Positions 18,023 to 25,369 of a stretch of 43,827 bases of DNA are shown here, in pieces (position 1 is the stretch's first letter; each line of letters starts with the position of its first letter). The translations under genes were made by a program, and so were the position numbers. The stretch spans positions 1 to 43,827 of the IMG/VR virus record IMGVR_UViG_3300036803_000021; one strand, given 5' to 3'. A model generated the notes under the pieces. The model ran no database searches, was not told the origin of the DNA, and saw nothing but the letters and a program-made list of their open reading frames with translations. The stretch comes from a virus (taxonomy: Duplodnaviria; Caudoviricetes).

Positions 18023-18357
18023 TCCCCGCCCCGATCGGCTTGACTTTTGATGATGCCGTGCAGCCGGGAGGCGTGCTGCTCGATGGTGAACCGGCTCGCG
18101 CCGTAGGCCATGAGCAGGATCGTAACGTCGGCCACCGTCAGTTTCCGGATGCCGTGCGAGGCAGCCCAGGAGCCGGTGCCGTAGTGGGCACCGACGACGG
18201 CGGCGATGTCTCCGGCGACGAGCCGGAGGAGGTGGTCGCCGGTCCATTCCTCGCCGTCGATGTCGTGATAGTCGCCGTCGACGAATGCGCCGATCCGGTC
18301 GAGGAGGGCGACGTGTTCGGCGGCGACAGCGATTTTGGTGGTGATGACTTCGGTCAT
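18019..18357 (-). CDS. Hypothetical protein
   Basis: ATG at 18357 with GAAAGG RBS; MTEVITTKIAV... Confidence 0.7.
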   Translation of the reverse strand: MTEVITTKIAVAAEHVALLDRIGAFVDGDYHDIDGEEWTGDHLLRLVAGDIAAVVGAHYGTGSWAASHGIRKLTVADVTILLMAYGASRFTIEQHASRLHGIIKSQADRGGE

Positions 18358-18384
18358 GAGAGGGCCTTTCGGTCTAGAGGGGAA

Positions 18385-18414
18385 GCGGCCCCCGGCGTGG
18401 TTGCCGGGGGCCGC
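18385..18414 (-). terminator. Perfect 12-bp GC hairpin (terminator/attenuator)
   Basis: GCGGCCCCCGGC-gtggtt-GCCGGGGGCCGC, just downstream of the 18425 stop. Confidence 0.6.
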
Positions 18415-18424
18415 AGGTAGTGGA

Positions 18425-18922
18425 CTACTTGCTGTGGCGGGCCTTATCGCGGGCCGGGTCGATGTACTTAACCCAGTAGGTGTCGACGTAGGCGGCTGCC
18501 TCTGCCGGGGTGACCCCTTCGAGGTCACCGGTCAGCTCGACGGGCATCGCGCCGAGGTACGCCACCATCTGCACGCGGATGGCACGCTTGTGCGCGTTGC
18601 TCAGCTTGCCGTCGACGGTGCCCTTCACGACCGGCTTTTCGGTCTTCGGGGCCTTGGCCTTCTTGGCAGGCTTCGGCGCGGGAGCTGGGGCCTTAGACGG
18701 GTCGAGCCGGTCCGCGATGATCTGCTCGGCAGTGGGCTCTGGAGCGGTACCCTCGGCCTCGACGGCTGCAGCGGCCTTCTCGGCTGCCGAGTGGTCAAGC
18801 TGCTCGACCTCGGAGTGGCACTTGCATTCGCATCCGGCCGTCTTGCAGCGGGCGTGCTTCGAGTTCCGGCAGTAGGACGACTTGGTTAGGAGGTCCTGGG
18901 CGCGGGCTGCGTTGCTGGTCAT
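18425..18922 (-). CDS. Hypothetical protein: N-terminal C..H..C...CxCxCH metal motif and Lys/Ala/Pro-rich linker
   Basis: ATG at 18922; CRNSKHARCKTAGCECKCH, PKPAKKAKAPK. Confidence 0.75.
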   Translation of the reverse strand: MTSNAARAQDLLTKSSYCRNSKHARCKTAGCECKCHSEVEQLDHSAAEKAAAAVEAEGTAPEPTAEQIIADRLDPSKAPAPAPKPAKKAKAPKTEKPVVKGTVDGKLSNAHKRAIRVQMVAYLGAMPVELTGDLEGVTPAEAAAYVDTYWVKYIDPARDKARHSK

Positions 18923-18972
18923 GAGGGTCTCGTTTCTGTGAGGGTTGTTGGCTTCTCGCCTTGACGAATGCC

Positions 18973-19002
18973 AAGTTACCCCCTTAAGGGCAGATCTGTC
19001 CA
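18973..19002 (-). promoter_or_regulatory. SigA-type promoter TGGACA-N18-TAACTT with perfect palindrome CCCTTAAGGG in the spacer
   Basis: Second copy of the 17796-17824 element. Confidence 0.72.
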
Positions 19003-19026
19003 ATTAAATCGGCAGGTCACAGCGGT

Positions 19027-19056
19027 TTGATGCGTATCGCGTGGTAGGGGTATGAT
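19027..19056 (+). promoter_or_regulatory. Divergent SigA-type promoter TTGATG-N18-TATGAT for a leaderless HTH gene
   Basis: -10 TATGAT at 19051-19056, 6 nt before ATG 19063; no RBS. Confidence 0.6.
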
Positions 19057-19062
19057 CCTGGT

Positions 19063-19419
19063 ATGACCCTCCGATTCCTCTCGCGTGGCGAGATAGCAGA
19101 ACACCTCGGCGTCACCCTCGGCACCGTCAAGCAGTACGCCACCTTTCCGGAGCCCGACGTGATCGTCGGCAGGAACCAGGGCTGGGCCGTCGAGACGGTC
19201 GACCGGTGGGCGGCCCTCCGGGCTGCAGGCCGGGCGTTACAAGTCGGGGAGGAGATCCGGCCCGTCACCGACGATCCGTCCGGCAGCCAGCCAGCCAGCC
19301 TCGGCGCGGCCCCCCTCGGTGGTGCCGGGCCCGAAGCAGCGCAGCGCAGCGGCAGCTGCGTCCGCGATGTCGAGATCACTCAGCGGCGCGGTGTAGACCG
19401 TCGCGGCCGGGGAGCCTGA
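19063..19419 (+). CDS. AlpA/excisionase-like HTH DNA-binding protein; the only convincing plus-strand gene
   Basis: FLSRGEIAEHLGVTLGTVKQY..FPEPDVIVGRNQGWAVETVDRW. Confidence 0.85.
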   Translation: MTLRFLSRGEIAEHLGVTLGTVKQYATFPEPDVIVGRNQGWAVETVDRWAALRAAGRALQVGEEIRPVTDDPSGSQPASLGAAPLGGAGPEAAQRSGSCVRDVEITQRRGVDRRGRGA

Positions 19420-19650
19420 GTTAATCGTCAGATCTGCCGTCCCGTCTGGGTGAACTACCGCAGTCCCGACTACCTTGCCGCGCACCTTAAGCGGCACAGT
19501 GCCCTCTAAGCCCTTTTGACTGATATTGGCTTTCAGATGCACGGATTCGGGCGTGTGCTTGCAGTCCGGGCAGCACTTCCGGCCCGGCCCGTACCCCTCG
19601 CACCTGGAGGCTGGGCAGTCGCAGTCCGGGCAGTCGCGCCGGGCGGTCAT
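19237..19650 (-). CDS. Hypothetical protein with Cys-rich N-terminus
   Basis: CPDCDCPASRC...CCPDCKH; ATGA-coupled to the upstream gene; 3' end overlaps the HTH gene antisense. Confidence 0.6.
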   Translation of the reverse strand: MTARRDCPDCDCPASRCEGYGPGRKCCPDCKHTPESVHLKANISQKGLEGTVPLKVRGKVVGTAVVHPDGTADLTINSGSPAATVYTAPLSDLDIADAAAAALRCFGPGTTEGGRAEAGWLAAGRIVGDGPDLLPDL

Positions 19651-20312
19651 GCGTCAACCCCGATATGAGACCGGCCGCAGTCCGGGACGAACTCCTCACC
19701 CTCAATCAGCTGCAAACTGCTGGCGCACCGCTTGCACTGATACACCGTGTCTTGCCCCACTGTGACGGTGCGGGCCGGGCCAGCCACATAGGGCACATTG
19801 CACTCAAACTGCTCACCGGCTGCTGCCTTCCGGAGGTGCTCAGGGTCCGTGCAGGGGTTCATATTTGGAGATGACACCACAGTGCGCGGCTCCACGGTAT
19901 AGGCGACCATCCGTTCGTCGCACACTGTGCAACGGCTGTCCCGGTTCCTGATCCGGTGATGCTGACAAGACTCAAGTCGCTGACGAATGACCTTGCCGTC
20001 AGCGCAGACGTCGACTATGTCAAATTCGGGCGTAGCCTTGTCGGCCTGCAGGTTGCGGACATACTGCCGGTAGTACTCGCGTGTGGAGTCGCTGAGGTTC
20101 TCCCACGGCTGCTGCGGCTTTGGCGGCTCGTTCTCATAGAGCCGACGCGCCATGTCTTCATCGACGCCCTGGAGTATTGCGTCGATCTCAGCGTCGGGCA
20201 CCGGGGATTCGAGGATCGGCTCCCAGGAGGACCCGACGAGGGTCTCTCCGAGGATGTTCATCGCGGCGACGATCCGGGTCTGCACTGCAGACGTGTAGCT
20301 GTGGGTGGTCAT
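19647..20312 (-). CDS. Hypothetical protein with CxxC motifs
   Basis: 221 aa; PWENLSDSTREYYRQ motif, CTVC and CKRC. Confidence 0.7.
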   Translation of the reverse strand: MTTHSYTSAVQTRIVAAMNILGETLVGSSWEPILESPVPDAEIDAILQGVDEDMARRLYENEPPKPQQPWENLSDSTREYYRQYVRNLQADKATPEFDIVDVCADGKVIRQRLESCQHHRIRNRDSRCTVCDERMVAYTVEPRTVVSSPNMNPCTDPEHLRKAAAGEQFECNVPYVAGPARTVTVGQDTVYQCKRCASSLQLIEGEEFVPDCGRSHIGVDA

Positions 20313-20952
20313 GTGTTTCCATTCTTAGTGAGGGTTGCTCGCTGCATGGCCAGCGATTCTTTCCGGAGAGTGTTGTTCTCCCGCAACAGATCCCGGATCT
20401 CCTGTCAGCAGGTCCAGCATCGGATCGAGCGACTTGCTGACTATCGCTGCGATCTCCTGCGAGTCCGGTATCTTCGGGAATCCCATTACTGCTCCTGTCT
20501 AAGGCCGACACTGTGATGATGACACGCGGCTCCTCTCCGATCTCCGCGATTCGCTTCATAGCGCGGAGTTCAACCACGAGCGCATCATCTTCGAGGACCG
20601 GGCCGGTAAGGGCATCGAGCACGGCGCGGGCCAGCTTGTCGATATCGCCGTTCTTTTTGATGGCCGGCGGTGTGGCCTTCGGTGTGGCTTTCGGTCGGGG
20701 CAGCACGAACCGGATATGAACCCGGACGGCTCCGGTGAAAACTGGTGCCCCGTAACGGCGCATCGCGACCGTTCCCGCAGCTGCGATCCGGACCCGCCAC
20801 GGCCCAACCTTTTTAGACGACTCAGCCAGGATGGCGTGACCGCCGCGCATCCCTTTGAACGACTTCGATCCTTGCGGCGCCGCAACACCTTTGACGGTGA
20901 ACACAATCGGAAACGGGGTATCGGTGATGGGGCCGAACAGGCTGCCGGTCAC
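20188..20952 (-). CDS. rusA: RusA-like Holliday junction resolvase (C-terminus abnormally extended)
   Basis: PQGSK, F.LPRPK, GDIDKLARAVLDALTG.VLEDDALVV.L...K; the domain ends near 20495. Confidence 0.9.
   Translation of the reverse strand: MTGSLFGPITDTPFPIVFTVKGVAAPQGSKSFKGMRGGHAILAESSKKVGPWRVRIAAAGTVAMRRYGAPVFTGAVRVHIRFVLPRPKATPKATPPAIKKNGDIDKLARAVLDALTGPVLEDDALVVELRAMKRIAEIGEEPRVIITVSALDRSSNGIPEDTGLAGDRSDSQQVARSDAGPADRRSGICCGRTTLSGKNRWPCSEQPSLRMETHDHPQLHVCSADPDRRRDEHPRRDPRRVLLGADPRIPGARR
20309..20486 (-). pseudogene. Small coiled-coil gene apparently interrupted by a 1-nt insertion near 20402
   Basis: AGGAG RBS + ATG at 20486 gives MGFPKIPDSQEIAAIVSKSLDPMLDLL. A one-base shift continues EIRDLLRENNTLRKESLAMQRATLTKNGNT* ending in ATGA overlap with the 20312 start. 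Confidence 0.5.
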
Positions 20953-21152
20953 GAGGTGCTCTCCGGGCGATGGGTTGCATAGGGCAACACGACCTCCCTG
21001 ATTGCGTCGATCAGCTTGAATACCACGTCTGGATCTCGGGCAGGGTCGATGCGGAGCCGGATCTCGATGTACGCGGTGTCGGTCTGCATGGAGGTTTCGT
21101 CGGTGGTTGATGCCTCGACTTCGACTACGCCTGGCAGCAATTCGGTCTTCAT
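20949..21152 (-). CDS. Hypothetical protein
   Basis: MKTELLPGVVEVE...; 4-bp overlaps on both sides. Confidence 0.6.
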   Translation of the reverse strand: MKTELLPGVVEVEASTTDETSMQTDTAYIEIRLRIDPARDPDVVFKLIDAIREVVLPYATHRPESTS

Positions 21153-21484
21153 AGCTGCACTCTCTCCCGGATCACATCGTTGACGCTGACAACGGGGGCA
21201 CCGCACGACTGGCAGATTGCGCGGCCATGCCGGTTCAGCCTCCAGACGTGAGCTGCGACCTGCTGCCGGAGTTCCTCAAAGTGCTTAGCGCACATCGGGA
21301 TGAGGTGGTTACCGTCGCCGTCGCGCCGGGCAGCGTGCTTTTCGCAGCATATGTCTCCGCAGTGGTTGACAAAGTGGAACCGTATGCGCCAGAGCGCGAT
21401 CCGGTCGCACGGCCCCCAGTCGCAGAGGTCGAGGTCGAGGTGCGCGATGGCCGGGTCGATATCCGGCTCTCGGTGATCGTTCAT
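21149..21484 (-). CDS. Cys/His-rich (Zn-binding) hypothetical protein
   Basis: MNDHREPDID...CDWGPC...HC..CC.KH...MCAKH...CQSCG; GAGGA RBS. Confidence 0.7.
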   Translation of the reverse strand: MNDHREPDIDPAIAHLDLDLCDWGPCDRIALWRIRFHFVNHCGDICCEKHAARRDGDGNHLIPMCAKHFEELRQQVAAHVWRLNRHGRAICQSCGAPVVSVNDVIRERVQL

Positions 21485-21687
21485 GCGGTGAGGGTCCTCT
21501 CGGTGCAGTCTGCTCGATGATGACCGTTGACGTTGACGAAGTACAGGCAATTCGGGCAGCCGGGTGGGAGTGTCGTGCAGTCTGCGCGGTGCTGGCCGAT
21601 CACCTGCCGATGCAGACCGCAGCCGGGGCACCACGCGCCGTCTACGGAGTGATTCCCGGCCATCCCCACGCCGGTTAGCTTTGGCAT
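21481..21687 (-). CDS. Small protein with duplicated CPxC...HRADCT motif
   Basis: WCPGCGLHRQVIGQHRADCT and GCPNCLYFVNVNGHHRADCT. Confidence 0.7.
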   Translation of the reverse strand: MPKLTGVGMAGNHSVDGAWCPGCGLHRQVIGQHRADCTTLPPGCPNCLYFVNVNGHHRADCTERTLTA

Positions 21688-22079
21688 TAGTCCTGCTCAG
21701 CTTCGTAGTCAGCTACGGCTTGGTCGAATACGTCAAGGTCCGGATGCCGAGGCGGGGCTGGAGACAGGCTGTCGTCCACGGAGAGCAATCGGAGGTGCCG
21801 CTCCGGCACGGGGACCCCGGAGGGCCGGATCGGAGCTGCTGGCATCGAAGCTAGGCTGCGATGCAGGGCCTCTCTGAACCGGCCGACCTCGGGTCGGATG
21901 GTGAGGAATGCCTGCCCGAGCTGCTGCAGGGACGCCCGGAAGCTAGCCCACGGCTCCACTCGCTGCCGCAGCTCCCGGCCACCCACCATCGTGTACCGGG
22001 TGATCGACGGGTTCCGGTTCAGTTCGGCCTTGGCGCGGGCCAGGATCTCCGGCAAGGGGCGGCGACGGGGTCGGATCAT
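21687..22079 (-). CDS. Hypothetical protein
   Basis: 130 aa, translationally coupled on both sides. Confidence 0.6.
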   Translation of the reverse strand: MIRPRRRPLPEILARAKAELNRNPSITRYTMVGGRELRQRVEPWASFRASLQQLGQAFLTIRPEVGRFREALHRSLASMPAAPIRPSGVPVPERHLRLLSVDDSLSPAPPRHPDLDVFDQAVADYEAEQD

Positions 22080-22429
22080 TGGCGTGCCTTCCGTTGCGCT
22101 GCAAGGCGATCCAGCTCAGCGCGGACCAAAGCTGAACCGCGGCGGTTGATTTCGCGGTGGTCGACATGATCGCAGACCTGCAGCGAGTCGAGGCTATAGC
22201 CGGTCTCGTCGCAGAAGGTGCACGCAGCGATGGCGGCTGCGATGCGCTGCTGCTCCTCGAACCGGTGCTCAAGTTCAGCGTCGCGCTCGGCTTGCTCGAT
22301 AACGGCGAGTTTCGCTTTCAGCCATGTCGCGTGGACCCGCTGCTGAGCAGTGCATGCCCCGCATGGTGGGGGGTCGTCGTGATCGATGTGCTTATCGCAA
22401 CGGTGTTGCGGTTCAACGTCATTCAGCAT
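22076..22429 (-). CDS. Zn-binding protein typical of actinophage replication modules
   Basis: RCDKH....PPCGAC...CTFCDETG.....VCDH. Confidence 0.7.
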   Translation of the reverse strand: MLNDVEPQHRCDKHIDHDDPPPCGACTAQQRVHATWLKAKLAVIEQAERDAELEHRFEEQQRIAAAIAACTFCDETGYSLDSLQVCDHVDHREINRRGSALVRAELDRLAAQRKARQ

Positions 22430-22841
22430 CGGGAACCTGCTTCGCGATGCCGGAGATCCGAGCCATGACGTCGGGGTTGTAGACCAGCTCGGAAGTGGCT
22501 CGCGCTGCACGTGATTGTGAAAGTTCCTGCGCGTCTTCGGATTTGGATTCGCAGAGCGCCTCGTATGCATCGATCTCAGCGGCGGTCTTGGGGCGGTCGC
22601 GGCGGACCTTGCGGGCGAACTCGATGATCTCGGCTGGTTCCGGCGCATCAGCTTCGTGCTGGGCTCGGAGCTTCACTCCGGCGAGCAGGTCAGGGAGGGT
22701 CAGGTTGTGGGCTGAGAACAGCTCGGCCCAAATCGTGGCGGTGGCGAGTGCAGCCTCTCGGTCATCGATCCGGGGGGCGGTCCTCCGGTGCGCCAGTGAC
22801 ACGATCGTAAGCACTTCGAGGGCGTCGGCGGTAGTGGTCAT
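22419..22841 (-). CDS. Hypothetical protein, helicase loader/inhibitor-like position
   Basis: Helical (ATIWAELF...DLLAGV...PAEIIEFARKVRR); follows the initiator. Confidence 0.65.
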   Translation of the reverse strand: MTTTADALEVLTIVSLAHRRTAPRIDDREAALATATIWAELFSAHNLTLPDLLAGVKLRAQHEADAPEPAEIIEFARKVRRDRPKTAAEIDAYEALCESKSEDAQELSQSRAARATSELVYNPDVMARISGIAKQVPDAE

Positions 22842-23815
22842 GATTCGATTGCCTTTCGTGAGGGTTGCTGGAGCTGCTCGGCTTCGCGGGCTTCGCGGGC
22901 CAGTTCAGCCCAGTCGCGTTGCTTCGATTTCGGTGGCGGCGCGGTGCCCTCCCGGAGCACGGTCGACGCGATATGCGGCAGGAGACCCGGCCCGGCGTCC
23001 GGCTTGGTCTGCCATCGGCGGAGGGCCTCGGCGACGACTTCGGGCGGCAGGCCGTCTCCGACGATGAGCTGACTTGCGGAGAGCCGGAGCGCGGTTTTGA
23101 CGGCTGCCGGAGTCCGGCTCGGGATGAGCGTGGCGACGAGCCGGGAGGCTGACACGTCGACCGGATCGGACCGGCCCCGCTCTTGCCCGCGCTCCTCCCT
23201 CATGGGTGCCCCCTGCTTAGGTTCCGTATCAGCGTGAGGTAACCCCCTAGTACTTAACTCTGTCTCTGTCTCTGTCTCTGACTGCAGGACGTCCGGGCCT
23301 TGTCCGGTGGGACACTCCGGAATATCTGCAGGCTGAGCGATTTTCGGACGAAGTGTATTCGCACTCTGTTTTGGGTCTAGTTCAGGTATACCTCGAATAG
23401 ACTTCGGGTCTATTTCAACTACACTTTCGCCGGACCCCTTCCGCTTGCGTGCCCGGAAGTCCCTTTTTCGGGCCGCTTCGGCATCCCTATGGGCAGTCAC
23501 CTCCGCGTTGGTGCGCTGCCATTTGCCCCACTTTGCGAACCGGATTCCGTTCGGTGCCTCAGCCCAGATCGGGTCCGGCTGCCCCTCCCGCCCGAGGGTG
23601 TTCTTAAGGGCCTCCCGCACTCCGGGACTGCAGCCAAACTCAGCGAGGGTCTCGTTGTCGACATACCCGTCCGAGAGCCGGGACGCAGAGTAGTTCCCGG
23701 CAAGAGCGAACACCCCCACGGCGTGAGCCCGGATGCGTTTAGGGATCGAGCGGACCTCCGGTCCGTCGTAGAAACCAATCGGGATATTGAACCCCGGAGG
23801 TATCCGCTCGGCCAC
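22838..23815 (-). CDS. Phage replication initiator/replisome organizer-like protein
   Basis: GFYDGPEV...AVGVFALAGNYSA..LSDGYV N-terminus, basic RKRDFRARK segment, ETETETE linker, C-terminal ALRRW...PGLLP. Confidence 0.65.
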   Translation of the reverse strand: MAERIPPGFNIPIGFYDGPEVRSIPKRIRAHAVGVFALAGNYSASRLSDGYVDNETLAEFGCSPGVREALKNTLGREGQPDPIWAEAPNGIRFAKWGKWQRTNAEVTAHRDAEAARKRDFRARKRKGSGESVVEIDPKSIRGIPELDPKQSANTLRPKIAQPADIPECPTGQGPDVLQSETETETELSTRGLPHADTEPKQGAPMREERGQERGRSDPVDVSASRLVATLIPSRTPAAVKTALRLSASQLIVGDGLPPEVVAEALRRWQTKPDAGPGLLPHIASTVLREGTAPPPKSKQRDWAELAREAREAEQLQQPSRKAIES

Positions 23816-23825
23816 GTGTGCCCGC

Positions 23826-24032
23826 CTACTCTGCGTCTTGCAGTTGCATGGTGATTATTTGCTGGCGGTCGTAAATAATTGCCTGCGAACGCGACCAACC
23901 GCCGCCGCGGTCGCCGTGGTGGAGCTGATCTGCGAGGAGGAGAGCCCGGTTCGCCCGCCTCTCCTCGGCCCCCTGCAGCCGGGCTGAAACCGCGACAATC
24001 GTGCTGCCGTCGAGGACGATGTATACGTCCAT
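23826..24032 (-). CDS. Hypothetical protein
   Basis: 68 aa, TAATG coupled. Confidence 0.55.
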   Translation of the reverse strand: MDVYIVLDGSTIVAVSARLQGAEERRANRALLLADQLHHGDRGGGWSRSQAIIYDRQQIITMQLQDAE

Positions 24033-24313
24033 TAGTCGGTCACCTGCCCTACCGGGTACGCCTCCGGGTCGTCGTCGTCCAGGGGGCCAACGGTGTCCAC
24101 TACGCCCGGCGTCTCGGGCCGGTTCTGCCGCAGCCGATGCAGCGTATCGACTAGCTCCTGAACAACTGCATAGGCCCGGTCCATCAGGTCGTCGTCAAGG
24201 TCGATATCACCTGTGCAGTCCGGGCATGTCCACAGCGGGTCCGGCTCTGAGATGAGAGCGCGGGTGCCGCAGTTGGCGCACTCCTGCAGATACCCGAGCA
24301 CGACGCGGCTCAC
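24032..24313 (-). CDS. Zn-ribbon hypothetical protein
   Basis: CANCG...WTCPDC. Confidence 0.65.
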   Translation of the reverse strand: MSRVVLGYLQECANCGTRALISEPDPLWTCPDCTGDIDLDDDLMDRAYAVVQELVDTLHRLRQNRPETPGVVDTVGPLDDDDPEAYPVGQVTD

Positions 24314-24531
24314 CGGATCTCCTTGATGCTCTCGTGGCCGGCCGAATTGGTTACCTTGAGTGTGACCGGCTCCAGCGAGAAGTGCCGCCGCACAACATCT
24401 TCGGCCTCCTCAACAGTGGCGAAGGGCTGCCAGGAGGTGAATACCGGGACGCCCTCCTCGGAGAGGATGATCTCGAACTCGGCGGGCTGCCCGCGAGGCA
24501 CATCGCGGGGCATGATCTCTGCGAGGATCAT
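24310..24531 (-). CDS. Hypothetical protein
   Basis: 73 aa, coupled on both sides. Confidence 0.6.
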   Translation of the reverse strand: MILAEIMPRDVPRGQPAEFEIILSEEGVPVFTSWQPFATVEEAEDVVRRHFSLEPVTLKVTNSAGHESIKEIR

Positions 24532-24920
24532 CAGATCGTCCCGAGCCGGGCGAAGTCGGGCAGCACCATCGCGCCGTCTGCTCTGCCCCAGAGGTGCAAC
24601 ACATTTCGGGTGATGTTGACGTGATCATCTGCTGGAGCGAATACCTGGTAGCAGTAGCCGTCCGGCCACACCGCTTGCGCCATCTGCTTGATATCCGAGT
24701 AGGACGGCAGCCGCGACTCTGCGAGGTGCGAGGTCGAGGCGTGCAACCAGGGGATACTGTCGTCGGAGTCCGGGTCGAACGATACGATGATCAGCTGCCC
24801 GGAGGGACCGTGGAACTTCACGGAGTCATCCCCGTAAGGCTCTGTGGTCCAACGCTTGTCGTGCAGCCGCTGCAGGATGCCCTTGACGTCGATAGCGTCG
24901 CGCCGGAGGGTTGCGGTCAT
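24531..24920 (-). CDS. Conserved phage hypothetical protein (WLHAS...LPSY...HVNI...LHLW)
   Basis: His-rich motif set recurrent in phage proteins. Confidence 0.7.
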   Translation of the reverse strand: MTATLRRDAIDVKGILQRLHDKRWTTEPYGDDSVKFHGPSGQLIIVSFDPDSDDSIPWLHASTSHLAESRLPSYSDIKQMAQAVWPDGYCYQVFAPADDHVNITRNVLHLWGRADGAMVLPDFARLGTI

Positions 24921-25357
24921 TGCTCGCCCCCGGTGTCCTCATCCTCGTTGGCGTCGATCATCTCCTGCATTGCCTCCCGCTCCTCCGGTTCGAGGCCCTC
25001 CGGCAGGCCGTCGTCGCCGTAGGACACCGAGTACAGGGTGGCCTGATTCTCGTCGACGATGGGGACCCGGCCACGCTCGTAGCACTGCGTAATCTCCATC
25101 ACGGCAACGACTCTGCGCTCCCCGTCTTTACGTTTCCGGATATCGAACCCGGCGCACTTCGCTTTGACGATGTACGTCCGTTCGGCATCCTGCTCAGGCG
25201 GGTTGTCGAGCAGGTCGCCGGAGGTGCCGACGAACTTGACAAATGTCGCGTCGATGGCCTCCAGCTGCAGGGGATGAGCACCAGGTTCCGGAATGTCTTT
25301 GAGGGCATCCGGGTTGGCTTCGGCAATGTCTTCGGGCTGATCTTTCACAAGTGCCAT
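24917..25357 (-). CDS. Acidic hypothetical protein
   Basis: 146 aa, coupled to the downstream gene. Confidence 0.7.
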   Translation of the reverse strand: MALVKDQPEDIAEANPDALKDIPEPGAHPLQLEAIDATFVKFVGTSGDLLDNPPEQDAERTYIVKAKCAGFDIRKRKDGERRVVAVMEITQCYERGRVPIVDENQATLYSVSYGDDGLPEGLEPEEREAMQEMIDANEDEDTGGEQ

Positions 25358-25369
25358 GATGTGTGGGTC

